Below, piece after piece: positions 18,932 to 29,575 of a DNA stretch of 64,000 nt (position 1 is the first letter of the stretch; each line of letters starts with the position of its first letter). The notes under the pieces were generated by a model, which saw only the letters and a program-made list of their open reading frames with translations, searched no databases and was not told where the DNA came from. The DNA is from an uncultured bacterium (lineage in GTDB: Bacteria; Patescibacteriota; JACMRA01): assembly GCA_963784355.1 (NCBI GenBank), contig CAWAQU010000012.1:135760-199759 (forward strand). Reading direction: 5' to 3'. Both the position numbers and the translations under genes were made by a program.

Positions 18932-20899
18932 ATGATTATTGGTATTTTTTTAAGACATATTAAAGCTTACAAAGGTATAAAATATGTTCCAATAGGTGAA
19001 AAATATAACTTTGCGTCTTATATTGGAGAAAACGGGGTAGGTAAGAGTTCTATTTTGCAAGGTTTAAATGCATTTTTTAACGATACAGACTATCCAATAA
19101 ATAAAAGTTCCTTAAATGAGGGTAATTCTCAGAATTTTCCATATTTTACTACTATATTCTTAATTCAAAAAGACAAAATACCTACTAATTCGACTCACAA
19201 ACAAACTTTTGAAAGTTTAAGTAATTACTTTTGGAATGTAACTAAATCCGATATAACATCAGGTACAGCAGGCGCAGTAAAAGAGTTTTTTGATTTAAGA
19301 TCAGAAATTCCACATAAACGAGATAGCTACTATCTGTTGCTGCTAGGCGAGAAAATTCTACATATAAAACAGCCGTATTTTGGTAGTTTTCATAGAGATA
19401 TTAAATTAATGGAATTATTGGATACAAAACAGACTATGGGTATAGTATTAAATAAAGAAGCAGATAAAGATGATATTGATAAATATGAGTCTAGTTTTGA
19501 TGCTCTAATACAAAAAGAATATAAAACCTTTTTCAGAGAATTGAAGGAAATGTATTCATATGTCTACATACCTGTTGAGATAGATGTGGAAAACTTTACA
19601 AAGATTGAACGGAATGAAATGCAAAAAATTTTTGATAAGAAAATTAAAGATGAGATTGGTAAAATGATAAAAGTTGGAAATATTAATGAAATAAATAATA
19701 AACTAGATGAATTTACTGATGAAATCGAAAAAATACTAGATTATCAATATTTTTATGACACAGGCAATAAAGGAAAAAAAGCGCTTACTTCAAGAGATCT
19801 TGTAGAAAAAATTTTAGAAACTTACTTTCAAATAAGAGTTCTTAATAAAGGTATTACTTCAAGTGATAAAAGCTCAAAAAAAATAAGTGAATTAAGCGCA
19901 GGTGAAAAAAGGCAAGCATTAATTGATGTGGTTTATGCATTTTTAAAAAAGGATGCTGAAAGAGAAAAATCTTTAATAATAGGAATAGATGAGCCAGAAA
20001 ACTCACTTCACACCTCACTTTGCTATGATCAATTTGAAAAGCTTAAAGAAATATCTAAAAATAATCAAATTCTTATAACAACTCACTGGTATGGATTTTT
20101 ACCTGTAATTGATAAAGGATTTGTACACTTTTTAAAATCCGAAAATCAAGCTATTTCTTTTTTTAATAAAATGGATTTATATTCAGATGAATATAAAACT
20201 AAAAATATCCCTGAGGATTTTTCACTAAAAAGCACAAATGATCTCATACAATCAATTTTCCATTCTCTAAAAGCTGTTAAACCTTATAATTGGCTTATTT
20301 GCGAGGGGGCAAGTGACAAAATCTATCTTAATAAATTTTTACATAACGAAATAGCTAATAAAAACTTAAGAATAATTGCTGTTGGGGGCGTAGAGCAAGT
20401 AAAGAAATTTTATAAATATTTAGAGCTTCCAATATCGGAAAATGTAAATGATTTAAAAAGAGGGAAGGTATTTTGTTTAACTGACACAGATAATGATCAT
20501 GGTACAGAATGTAAAACTTCTGAAGAATTAAAAAAAATACTTACTATTCAGAGATTTTATGCGGAAAAAAACAATATAGTATCCTTAATAAAATTTGACT
20601 CACCTAACGGAAAACTCCCTGTTGATATAGAAAAATCACTAAATCCTTTGATTTTTAAGAAAACACTAGATAGTCTAAACGTAAACGAAATTTTTTTAAT
20701 TAACGAGTTGAATATTCAAAACATTGATGGAAATACTAGTAAAGAAAATTTAAGAAGTTGGGATATAGACAACTACTTTTCTTCTGAAGAAATTAAAAAT
20801 ACTTTTGCTGACAAATATGTAGAAATTTTGAGTAAAGAGCAAGATGAAAATAAATATACCCCTCAATGGGTCAAAATGATTAAAGATTTCTTTAATTAA
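18932..20899 (+). CDS. OLD-family ATP-dependent nuclease (ABC ATPase + TOPRIM)
   Basis: Walker A GENGVGKS, signature LSAGEKR, Walker B IGIDEPENSLH, H-loop ITTH, TOPRIM ICEGASD and LTDTD. Confidence 0.85.
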   Translation: MIIGIFLRHIKAYKGIKYVPIGEKYNFASYIGENGVGKSSILQGLNAFFNDTDYPINKSSLNEGNSQNFPYFTTIFLIQKDKIPTNSTHKQTFESLSNYFWNVTKSDITSGTAGAVKEFFDLRSEIPHKRDSYYLLLLGEKILHIKQPYFGSFHRDIKLMELLDTKQTMGIVLNKEADKDDIDKYESSFDALIQKEYKTFFRELKEMYSYVYIPVEIDVENFTKIERNEMQKIFDKKIKDEIGKMIKVGNINEINNKLDEFTDEIEKILDYQYFYDTGNKGKKALTSRDLVEKILETYFQIRVLNKGITSSDKSSKKISELSAGEKRQALIDVVYAFLKKDAEREKSLIIGIDEPENSLHTSLCYDQFEKLKEISKNNQILITTHWYGFLPVIDKGFVHFLKSENQAISFFNKMDLYSDEYKTKNIPEDFSLKSTNDLIQSIFHSLKAVKPYNWLICEGASDKIYLNKFLHNEIANKNLRIIAVGGVEQVKKFYKYLELPISENVNDLKRGKVFCLTDTDNDHGTECKTSEELKKILTIQRFYAEKNNIVSLIKFDSPNGKLPVDIEKSLNPLIFKKTLDSLNVNEIFLINELNIQNIDGNTSKENLRSWDIDNYFSSEEIKNTFADKYVEILSKEQDENKYTPQWVKMIKDFFN

Positions 20900-21211
20900 A
20901 ATAATTAGAATTTAACCTACAATTTTAAAAGTTTTTTGTTGTACAACTTTTAGGTTACACTTTTAAATTGTGTAAACATAGTGTTTATTCCAAGCAAGTC
21001 TATTATAAAGGGAGTTAAAGTTGGTTTATTCTTAAAGAACTACTTTAATTTTTGTATAAAATGACCAAAAGTAATTTATTCTTTTTGATTTATTTTCCTA
21101 ACTCGCTTTGGGCTAAGTAGTTTACAGCTTTACTAGTTTCAAATATTGTAAATAAATAATTTTTGTGCTATTATATAAGGAATATAATTATAAACTTAAT
21201 ATAATTCTTCT

Positions 21212-21505
21212 ATGGAAAAAATTCCTCAAAATTTAAAAGATAAAAAGCAACCAGAAGGTAAATCATGGCATGCTAAAGTATTTTCAGATATAGTAAAAAG
21301 AAAAGAAGAGTCTCTAGATCCGATAGTTTATAACACTATAATGGTTTTATGTAACAATAAAAATAATCGTAGTGTTAGCGCAAAAGAAATTGTTGTAGCT
21401 CTTGATAAAGCCTTAGCAGAAAGACCTTTAACCACTCAACAGGCTGTAGATCAGTTCAATAAAGTTTTTGGGCCTGTTTTGCCAAATCCAGATGATGCGG
21501 TATAG
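21212..21505 (+). CDS. hypothetical protein
   Basis: 97-aa ORF with upstream TG-n-TATTAT -10-like element. Confidence 0.6.
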   Translation: MEKIPQNLKDKKQPEGKSWHAKVFSDIVKRKEESLDPIVYNTIMVLCNNKNNRSVSAKEIVVALDKALAERPLTTQQAVDQFNKVFGPVLPNPDDAV

Positions 21506-21517
21506 AATTTTAGAAAA

Positions 21518-22105
21518 CTAACTAGCTTCACCATTCTTTGTTTTAAGCTTTTTAAATTCTCCGGCTTTATCTAATTCCTGATATCTATCATAAACCGGTT
21601 TGGGAAACATAAGCTGTATTGATTTAAGGTTAAAACTGCCGTCCAGCGTTTCTTTGTGATTTATAATTTTGTAATCAGTGCTGCTATATTCAAATCTTAT
21701 AGGTGTACTGAATCCGTGACCTGATGTTTTATCTGGATTTAGGCTTTCACATAGTGCTCTGGAATAAATAAATTTATCATCATAACCAACAATATAACTA
21801 TCACAATAATAACTTGCGTCTAATGAAGAATTTTTACTGAAAATCACTTCTAAATATTGGCTGACACTTTCACGCAATTTGTCGTTATTATTTAGAACTA
21901 GCTTACCATATGATTCTGGGAATTGTAGTTTTTGATTTTTGAAAATATCGTCTGTATAGCAAGCAATCCTAGGTGCACATGATTCACTATTTATAACCGT
22001 GATAGTTTCAATTTTTTTGTAATTTGAAATTAATATGCCGATTATAATAATTACTATTAAGGTAATGCCACCGATTATCAATGAAGTGTGCTTTTGTATT
22101 TTCAT
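21518..22105 (-). CDS. membrane-anchored exported hypothetical protein
   Basis: N-terminal TM helix and four Cys residues in the ectodomain. Confidence 0.7.
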   Translation of the reverse strand: MKIQKHTSLIIGGITLIVIIIIGILISNYKKIETITVINSESCAPRIACYTDDIFKNQKLQFPESYGKLVLNNNDKLRESVSQYLEVIFSKNSSLDASYYCDSYIVGYDDKFIYSRALCESLNPDKTSGHGFSTPIRFEYSSTDYKIINHKETLDGSFNLKSIQLMFPKPVYDRYQELDKAGEFKKLKTKNGEAS

Positions 22106-22279
22106 AGGTTTAACAAGTTAAAAATGTATTAAAGGAGTATTATTGAAAATAATTTGAAAAACTAACACTGTTATAAGTAAATTCAATAGAATACCGGATA
22201 TAAAACTGAGATTAGTGCAACAACAGGAATTGCATGAACGTAGTAAATATGATATAATTAATCTACAAAGTCAATAAAT

Positions 22280-25036
22280 ATGGACCAGCCATCTTCAGGC
22301 AATAGAAATAATCCACGCCTTTTCCTACCTATAGACAGAGTTTCAAAAAGTAATAAATTAGAATCCCAATCTAAAGCTGAACATGTGGTGGAGGTTGAGG
22401 ATGAAGTCTGGAATGTACTTAAAATAAATCCTACACTTAAGAAAGAACTTAAAAGCGTGAGTAAAAGGCTTATTAATCTTGGTCGAATGACTTATACTCG
22501 CGTGCCAACTGAAAAAGAAAAGCAGAATACCCAAGGTAGAGGATATTCTCATCACATTGATGCACTACCTCCATATCGCCTTCCATTGGACATATATGTT
22601 AAGGGTATTGGATCAGCTTCAATAAAAGAATCTTATAGAGATCCGGAATCCCCAGGTTTTTCCACAGGAGATGTGCATGAGGCAGTCTTTTATGATCAGC
22701 CAGGAAGTTCACATTTAAGAACATGGGGTAATAATACTATTCGTTGGTGTTTGTATGAGTATTGTAACCTAGCTGTGATATTTAAATATTATACAGAAAA
22801 ATATGGTATAAGTACTCTTGAAGAAGTTTTTAAAAAACACCTGCCTTTCCCAGTTGGTATTACGGAATTTCACATTCAAAACGAGAAAAAAAAGCAAGAC
22901 TTCCTTCGTATCCGAGATAAAATAATTACCCAACTTACGGAATTAGGTGAGGATATAAAATTTGAAAGTCTTTCAGATGTTGAAATTCAGGAAATGGCGA
23001 CAGAAAATATAATGCGTATCAAGTCATTAAGCTTATTTTCACATAGTAATGAGGAAGATTTAAAAGTTTTACTCTGGACCCAACTTCGAGATACATACAC
23101 TAAAGATAATCGTTTTGCTTCAATCGTAATCTCAGCTCCTTCATCTTCTCGGGTAGGCGATTTATACCATGGTTATTCAGGTGAGGTATTTCAAAATAAT
23201 CTCCTCAAAACTTCGAACTCAGAAGTAGTTACAAATTTTGCGCAACGGTCCCGTGAATCTATAATCAATTTCGGAGTTTTATTTAGCGGGGGTAGCTGTC
23301 ATGTACAAAATGTTTCTGACAATCCTAATTCAATATTTCCGTTTTTTGACTATTCTGATCTAGCATTTCTTGGTCTTTATCCTTAGCATATTGCAAAATA
23401 TCGAATATTTGAGTTTGTTCGAGGTTCTGAAGAGTTTATTCCAAATTATCAATTTTCTGTAGAAAATGGTATCAATTACGAAACATTTACCGAATCTCAA
23501 AAAACTTACTGGAATACTCTTATGAAAGGTTTTATTCCAGATGATAAGCTTGATTATGTATCACGAATAGCGCCATTTCTCAGGCCTGAAGTTGCTTGGA
23601 CTGCCTCAAATGTACTACATAGTAAATCTGATCATGAGACCTGGAAAAAGATTGGTCAGGACAGACGCCATGTGTATGAAGTGGCTGGTAACACTACCAA
23701 AGAAGATATATTGAGTACAATCGATGATTCTATTGGGTCGACTATTGAGTCCATTCAAAAAAATGCTACTGATTTATATTTAAAACCTGAGTTTAAAGAA
23801 CCTGGGACGAGAGTTTTGCCTGAGCTTTATGAAAAAATTACCGGTAAACATTATACTGGTTACGATACAACCACTACTAAAAGTGCTTACTTAAATTTTG
23901 TAGATTTATTTACTCAACAAGTGACAACTTTAACAGAATCTGAAGATAAAACTTTTTACTATTCCACTCTTTATAACAAACTAATTACTTATAAAGGGTA
24001 TAAAAAACCGGGAGAGCTGATTGATTACTTAAACTCGTGTGAAGGTATTTTTTCACAAATAATTAAATCTCTTAAACAAGGTGACAAAAAGCGATTTAAA
24101 ATGTGGGTTGAAATACTCAAAAGTGGAATGTTCTGTGGAGGTGAAATTGCTGAAATACCTACATCAGTCCAACAAAATTTCCAAAATTCTTTAAAACAAG
24201 TAGCAATTGAAGAAAATCCTTCAACAGAAGCACTTACGCAGCTTGCCGCAAAAGGTCACATAATTGAAGTGCTTTCAAGTAACTTGACTTATTCATTGCG
24301 TGGATTTTTGCAGGCTATAAAAAAAGATGGGAAAAACTGGGCAGATTTAAATTTTGCTTTTTACAGAGAAGCCTCTACGATTTGGGGACATTATGATGAA
24401 TCATTTCCTGCTTATCAAGCACCGTTTAATTTTGAGGCTATGTACAATGTACTTTGTGCTGGTTTAAACAATTCTACCATTGAACTTATCCACTCAGATT
24501 TATATAATCGCTTTAAGTCAGATATTGAACCTATAATAACTAGAGATCTAACATTTAGTGCTTATCTTGAAAAAGTAATTAATGTTTACAAATCTTATCA
24601 GCCACTATTTAAAAGTCGTATTTTATCGGAAGTGCTTCCGTTTGAAAAAATTTCTCCTGACACTATTGATCCAGAGCAACTTGAATCTGTACGTCAATCA
24701 CTTCTAAAATATATTGATAATGAAGCATTATTTCCTGAAGGTTTACGCAAATTGTCTGTTTTGAGAAATGAGTATTTAACAGACTCGTACTTAGAACCTG
24801 AAACAGAAACAAGTAAACTTAGGCTAAAGTTAAAATCAGCTATTGATAAAATAAATAAAGGAATTGAGACAATTGGTGTTGATGAATATATATTTACTGC
24901 AGTGGTATTGGAGAAATTAATTGGGATTCACTCGGCTATCAACACTCTAAGTGAAGAAGAAAAAATTAAGTACACAAAACTTACTAAAGACTTACTGAAA
25001 AAGATATCAAATTATTCACTTATTCTTAAAAAATAA
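22280..25036 (+). pseudogene. ~918-codon reading frame interrupted by one in-frame TAG; N-terminal SelO/kinase-like domain
   Basis: ORFs 22280-23386 and 23522-25036 share a frame, and the 45 codons between them (HIAKYRIFEF...YWNTL) are open. Motifs: YVKGIG, CHVQNV, FFDYSD. Confidence 0.7.
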
Positions 25037-25106
25037 ATCAAAATCATCATTTAAATTTACGAAAAATACTGGATGGACCAAAATAAGTAGGTTAAAGCAT
25101 ATTAAA

Positions 25107-25448
25107 TCAAAGTTTTTTACCACCAATAATATGAAAATGTAGATGTGGTGTATCTTGAAAAGCTCCTAAATTTGAAATTACTCTTGCTCCATAATTTGAG
25201 ATATATTCATCACCCCAGTTGTTTAAGACCAATTGTGCTGTACTAGTTAAGTGTGCAATTAAGTCTGGTGACTGTAGGCTGCGAAAGTCATGAATGTGGT
25301 GTTTCGGAATAATTACTACGTGTTTTTCATATGCTGGTTTTGTATGATGAAATGCAAGTACAAACTCATTTTCAAAAACAATGTCAATCTTTGTTCCACG
25401 TTTTAAAGCTACTTCACAATAAAAATCAAAATCATCCGTTTTAGCCAT
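25107..25448 (-). CDS. HIT (histidine triad) family protein
   Basis: VLAFHHTKP, HVVIIPK, FQDTPHLHFHIIGG. Confidence 0.92.
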   Translation of the reverse strand: MAKTDDFDFYCEVALKRGTKIDIVFENEFVLAFHHTKPAYEKHVVIIPKHHIHDFRSLQSPDLIAHLTSTAQLVLNNWGDEYISNYGARVISNLGAFQDTPHLHFHIIGGKKL

Positions 25449-25486
25449 ATGCTGTGCTATCTATCCTATTCCAAAAAACTAAAGTA

Positions 25487-25513
25487 AACAAAATACCCGT
25501 CTTTGGGACGAGT
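25487..25513 (-). terminator. terminator downstream of tRNA-Gln
   Basis: Minus strand: actcgtc-ccaaa-gacgggt-attttgttt. Confidence 0.55.
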
Positions 25514-25531
25514 TGCTTGATAAAACTTTTA

Positions 25532-25605
25532 TGGTTCGGGGACAGAGATTCGAACTCCGATAGTTGGTACCAGAAACCAAAGTCCTACCATTAGACGATC
25601 CCCGA
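25532..25605 (-). tRNA. tRNA-Gln(CTG)
   Basis: Cloverleaf tcgggga...ttggt-ttCTGgt-accaa...gttcgaatc...tccccga-a-cca. Confidence 0.95.
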
Positions 25606-25691
25606 ATAACATTTTGACTTAAGCTAGCTTTTTTTAAGTTGTCAATAACGAAAAAGTGTGCTAATAGTATATTAAATATAAAACGAATTTT

Positions 25692-26759
25692 ATGAAATCT
25701 AGAATCACTAAAAAGAATATAATCCTAAATCTAGTCCCTGTTTTAGGTCTCTTAGCTGTGCTATCATTTACTCAGTTAAACTTTTTTAATAATGCATTTG
25801 CCGTAGAAGATCCAGGTAATCCAGGTGGAGGAAATGTATTGTTGCCAATCGCACCTAAACCCGTGGAAGCTCCAAAGCCAGTTGAAGAGCCAAAGCCTGT
25901 AGAAAAACCTGCAGAGGAGCCTGCCAAACCTACAGAGACGCCTAGTCCAGTCGAGCAACCTAAACCCGTGGAAGAGCCAAAGCCTGTAGAAGAGGTAAAA
26001 CCAGTAGAGCAACCAACGCCTGTGGAAGCTCCAAAGCCAGTTGAAGAAGTGAAACCAGCTGAAACTCCAGTTCAAAATCCTACAACCACGGTTAATACAC
26101 CACCAGCAAATACAACTAACACAAATACTAATACTACAACTACTACAGTAGATAACACAAACAACACACAACAAACTACTCAAACTAGTAACGTGAACGG
26201 AAATAACCAGCAAACTTCACAACAAACAAGTACAATTACAAACTCTAGCCAACAAACTCAGCAGGCTAGCCAACCTACAAGTAAACCTGTCAATCCACAA
26301 TCAGCTCAAGTAAACACTACTGCTCAGCCGGTAACTGCTCAAACTACGACTAATAATCAAGTTAAAGCTACACAAACCCAGCAAAATACTAGCGATAGCA
26401 CGGTTGTTAATCAGAGGCCTGAAAATCTACAGCCTGGGCTTGGAGAAACAAGAGTAATTACTCCAGGTGTAAGCAACCAACCTAAACCTAATCCAACTAC
26501 AAATTCAACGACTTCTAATACAAACACCAATACAATCCCAACTCAAAGTGGTACTCAAACTCAAACTAGTTCCCAAACTACTCAACAAACACCGTCAGCA
26601 AACAAAACAAGTAACAATACTGCAATAAACCCTGCAGCTGCTGTTTCACTTGCTACCACAGTTCGTACTGGAGGTTACGAAGTTGCAAAAACAGGAGTTA
26701 TCTTGGCTATCGGACTACTGTCTGTATACTTTATTGGTAGTAAGTCAAAGAATTTGTAA
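25692..26759 (+). CDS. surface protein with PVE(E/A)PK repeats, T/Q/N-rich stalk and C-terminal VRTGG-TM-basic tail
   Basis: Signal peptide ending AFA, low-complexity repeats, TTVRTGG followed by a hydrophobic helix and SKSK. Confidence 0.85.
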   Translation: MKSRITKKNIILNLVPVLGLLAVLSFTQLNFFNNAFAVEDPGNPGGGNVLLPIAPKPVEAPKPVEEPKPVEKPAEEPAKPTETPSPVEQPKPVEEPKPVEEVKPVEQPTPVEAPKPVEEVKPAETPVQNPTTTVNTPPANTTNTNTNTTTTTVDNTNNTQQTTQTSNVNGNNQQTSQQTSTITNSSQQTQQASQPTSKPVNPQSAQVNTTAQPVTAQTTTNNQVKATQTQQNTSDSTVVNQRPENLQPGLGETRVITPGVSNQPKPNPTTNSTTSNTNTNTIPTQSGTQTQTSSQTTQQTPSANKTSNNTAINPAAAVSLATTVRTGGYEVAKTGVILAIGLLSVYFIGSKSKNL

Positions 26760-26845
26760 GGATTAATTATCTTGACAATCATCTAAACTCATTACATATA
26801 ATTAGATTATAACTCATAACAGTTTTACTAATTAGTTGTAAGTAG

Positions 26846-26920
26846 GCACGATTAGCTCAGGGGTAGAGCGCTTCCTTGACGTGGAAGATGTCGGGGGTTC
26901 AAATCCCTCATCGTGCACCA
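26846..26920 (+). tRNA. tRNA-Val(GAC)
   Basis: gcacgat...cttcc-ttGACgt-ggaag...ggttcaaatcc...atcgtgc-a-cca. Confidence 0.95.
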
Positions 26921-27024
26921 CATACATTTGCTGTATCAAAATCCCCCAGTAACAGTTATTTATTATCGTAAAAACTATTGCGCTTCACACAGAAACTTAG
27001 ATAAAAGCTTAATACTCTATGATG

Positions 27025-27055
27025 ACCTCCAAATTTTCGGGAGGTTTGTTTTTTT
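27025..27055 (+). terminator. intrinsic terminator after tRNA-Val
   Basis: acctcc-aaattttcg-ggaggt followed by ttgttttttt. Confidence 0.7.
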
Positions 27056-27143
27056 GCCTAAAAATTAAGATTATTACGAATATTACCTGACTTATCTAGA
27101 TAGTTGCTTCATTTTCCAAATAAAATATCATTCCCAATAAATC

Positions 27144-28403
27144 CTACTTTACTAAGGAGAGCAGTAAATATACAGCATTACTTGATTCACCCTCTTGTCT
27201 GACGATTAAAATTTGTCTGATATTACCGATTTTCATGGTAATGTTGTCGATTACATTCCAGCTTCTGCCTTGATTTCTGGTTTCAAATAGTCTATCATTT
27301 AAACTTATCAAAATTTTTTCCAGGCCCAATGTCGGATCGGGCTGAGCATCATACAAGTTTTGCTTTTCGTTTTCCAGTGGTAAGACTAATTTTGCAAAAT
27401 TAGCATTGATATCTCTTGAATACCATAACTGGCTGTCGGCAATCAGTATCCAACTATTTTTATTTTTATCCGCAGTAACGGGAATAATTTTTTCATAAAT
27501 TCCCACTAGCTCCTTTGGACCAAACCCGAAATCGAAGCTATCCTTGCTTTGTTCTTCACCTATAATACTAGCTCGTTTAGAAAGCTTTTGTAAATTCCAC
27601 TTATCTCCATCGTTATCTGAAAAGGCGATACCATTTTTAGGAAAAAGTATAAAAAACTTGTTATCAAACTCAGGAATAAAATTAATTTGAATCGGAGTTT
27701 CCTCGAAGCTTTGTATTTTTTGCCAAGTTACACCACCGTCATTACTTCTAATCAGACTACCACCACTCAAAACAGCAAATACTCTTAATGGACGTTGTGG
27801 ATTTATAGCTAGTAAATTTACAGCAATATTTTGATTTATTTCAGTATAGATTTCATTGAAAGTTTCACCACCATCTATAGATTGATAGATTTTACCAAAA
27901 TTGCTATATTTTCCTGCCAGATAAATAATGTTTTCATTAGATGGGTCGATTGCTAAATCCGTAAAGACTACTGAGTTATTTAAGTTGATTAAATTATTAA
28001 TCTCCGTATCCCTTTGTTTTTGATCTGTTTTATTACTTTGGACTTTAAAAATGTATTTTCTTTGCCAGGTATATCCTCCATCGGTAGTTTTAAATAACCC
28101 TTTACCACTTGTTAAAAAATATAGCGTATCTTTATTGTAATTTACAAGCTTTATACCTGAAATACCACTTAATCCATCTACGCTTATATTGCCGTCTAGC
28201 TGTTTTACTGCATTAATTTTGATATATTTATCTGATTTACTTCTAGGGTCGCCTTTTTTTAAAAGACCTAGTGTGGCAGGAGTCTGGTTGTTTCTAAATC
28301 CGGGAATACTGCAAGATTGAGCTGTGGTTAAAATAATTATACTACTTAAAAATAGCATCAGTACTCGCTTCAAAATTATATTATTGGATAATTTAGACAA
28401 CAT
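27144..28403 (-). CDS. BNR/Ycf48-like beta-propeller exported (lipo)protein
   Basis: Signal with AQSC lipobox-like Cys; Asp-box repeats KTTDGGYTW, QSIDGGETF, RSNDGGVTW, SDNDGDKW, TRNQGRSW. Confidence 0.85.
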   Translation of the reverse strand: MLSKLSNNIILKRVLMLFLSSIIILTTAQSCSIPGFRNNQTPATLGLLKKGDPRSKSDKYIKINAVKQLDGNISVDGLSGISGIKLVNYNKDTLYFLTSGKGLFKTTDGGYTWQRKYIFKVQSNKTDQKQRDTEINNLINLNNSVVFTDLAIDPSNENIIYLAGKYSNFGKIYQSIDGGETFNEIYTEINQNIAVNLLAINPQRPLRVFAVLSGGSLIRSNDGGVTWQKIQSFEETPIQINFIPEFDNKFFILFPKNGIAFSDNDGDKWNLQKLSKRASIIGEEQSKDSFDFGFGPKELVGIYEKIIPVTADKNKNSWILIADSQLWYSRDINANFAKLVLPLENEKQNLYDAQPDPTLGLEKILISLNDRLFETRNQGRSWNVIDNITMKIGNIRQILIVRQEGESSNAVYLLLSLVK

Positions 28404-28405
28404 AA

Positions 28406-29575
28406 CTAAGTTTTTAGTTGATAAAGTAAATTATTTTGTTGATTTAAAATGTATATACTACCATTGCTACCTACATAAATGTTGTAAGCTGAAAATAATA
28501 TATCATTTGAAACTAGAGCTATTTGATTGTTTGTCAAATTAATTTCTACTATAAAATCTCTTTCTTGATTTAAATCAATATTTACTGGATTTTCTTTCAC
28601 TAAGCAAAATAGGTTGTTTTTGGTGCCGAAGCTGCATCTATCTGCTAGTAAGCTGCCCATTACTTTTTTAGCAGCAAGTGCGTTGTTAACATCTAATAGT
28701 TTTGTTTCTCCGCTTGGTTTATTGGTAAAATCAATTATACTACTTTGATAATTTGTGGTTTCAGTTGGTTTTTCAAGTAATGTAGTGTACATTATCCTAT
28801 TCTCACTGAAATTTAAGCTTTCTACTTTAGGCAAATTAATTATTTCTTGTAATTTTTTGTCTTTTAGTAGCTGAATCTTAACTTGACCAGTTCGGTTAGA
28901 ATTTTCGTAAAAAAGTAAATAGATATTTTTGTTTAAGACTTTTAGCTCAAAATTATTTAATGTATTCGGTAATTTAAATTCGGTTAATATTGTCTGATTA
29001 CTTTTTAAATCAACTGTAGGACTTTGTATTATATTGAATTTACTTGCTTCTGATGTTCGTTGAACAAATACATAACCAGATGTAAAGTCTAAATTAAAAT
29101 CATCTGAGATTAAGAAAGGGTTAACTTGTGAAACTTCTGTAGGAAAATTTTTAAACTTACCAGTTTTTAAATATATTTGGCTTTTATCAACATCATTTAA
29201 TATAATGCCGTCATTAGAATTGTATATAGATTGAGGAAGAAATTCGGGGCTATCCGTCACTTCCTGCTTATCAATTCGGAGTTTAAAATTTGAATCTAAA
29301 AAACCTACCTTACCACCTGGAATAAAGAAAATACTACTGGGCAACCCAATAGGCTCATTATCAAATTTTTCTAAAGATCTAGATTCATCAAATGCCGCTT
29401 GTTTAGGCTGGTCAGTGGTAGAGTCTGTAGACTTGTTTTGGCTAGTAGTGTTTTTGATATTTGGAGTACTATTATTTGATTGGCGGAGATTTAGCCAAAT
29501 AAAAAAGCCGATTAGCACTGCCATTACTAGAAAGGCTACTATAAAAAATACGGTTTTATTTTTTGCTAGGTTCAT
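28406..29575 (-). CDS. membrane-anchored exported hypothetical protein (beta-rich)
   Basis: N-terminal TM and S/T/N linker; overlaps the upstream gene (ATGA), indicating an operon. Confidence 0.75.
   Translation of the reverse strand: MNLAKNKTVFFIVAFLVMAVLIGFFIWLNLRQSNNSTPNIKNTTSQNKSTDSTTDQPKQAAFDESRSLEKFDNEPIGLPSSIFFIPGGKVGFLDSNFKLRIDKQEVTDSPEFLPQSIYNSNDGIILNDVDKSQIYLKTGKFKNFPTEVSQVNPFLISDDFNLDFTSGYVFVQRTSEASKFNIIQSPTVDLKSNQTILTEFKLPNTLNNFELKVLNKNIYLLFYENSNRTGQVKIQLLKDKKLQEIINLPKVESLNFSENRIMYTTLLEKPTETTNYQSSIIDFTNKPSGETKLLDVNNALAAKKVMGSLLADRCSFGTKNNLFCLVKENPVNIDLNQERDFIVEINLTNNQIALVSNDILFSAYNIYVGSNGSIYILNQQNNLLYQLKT

Noticed and set aside
3260-25036. Genome-wide TAG reassignment suggested by two in-frame amber codons
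   Set aside because: TAG ends intact housekeeping genes (tsaC, rdgB, truB, adk) at expected lengths, the >4150-codon ORF has no TAG, and none of the six tRNAs is a suppressor.
25776-26213. Antisense 145-aa W/F/R-rich ORF
   Set aside because: Shadow of the repetitive Pro/Glu-rich surface protein on the opposite strand.
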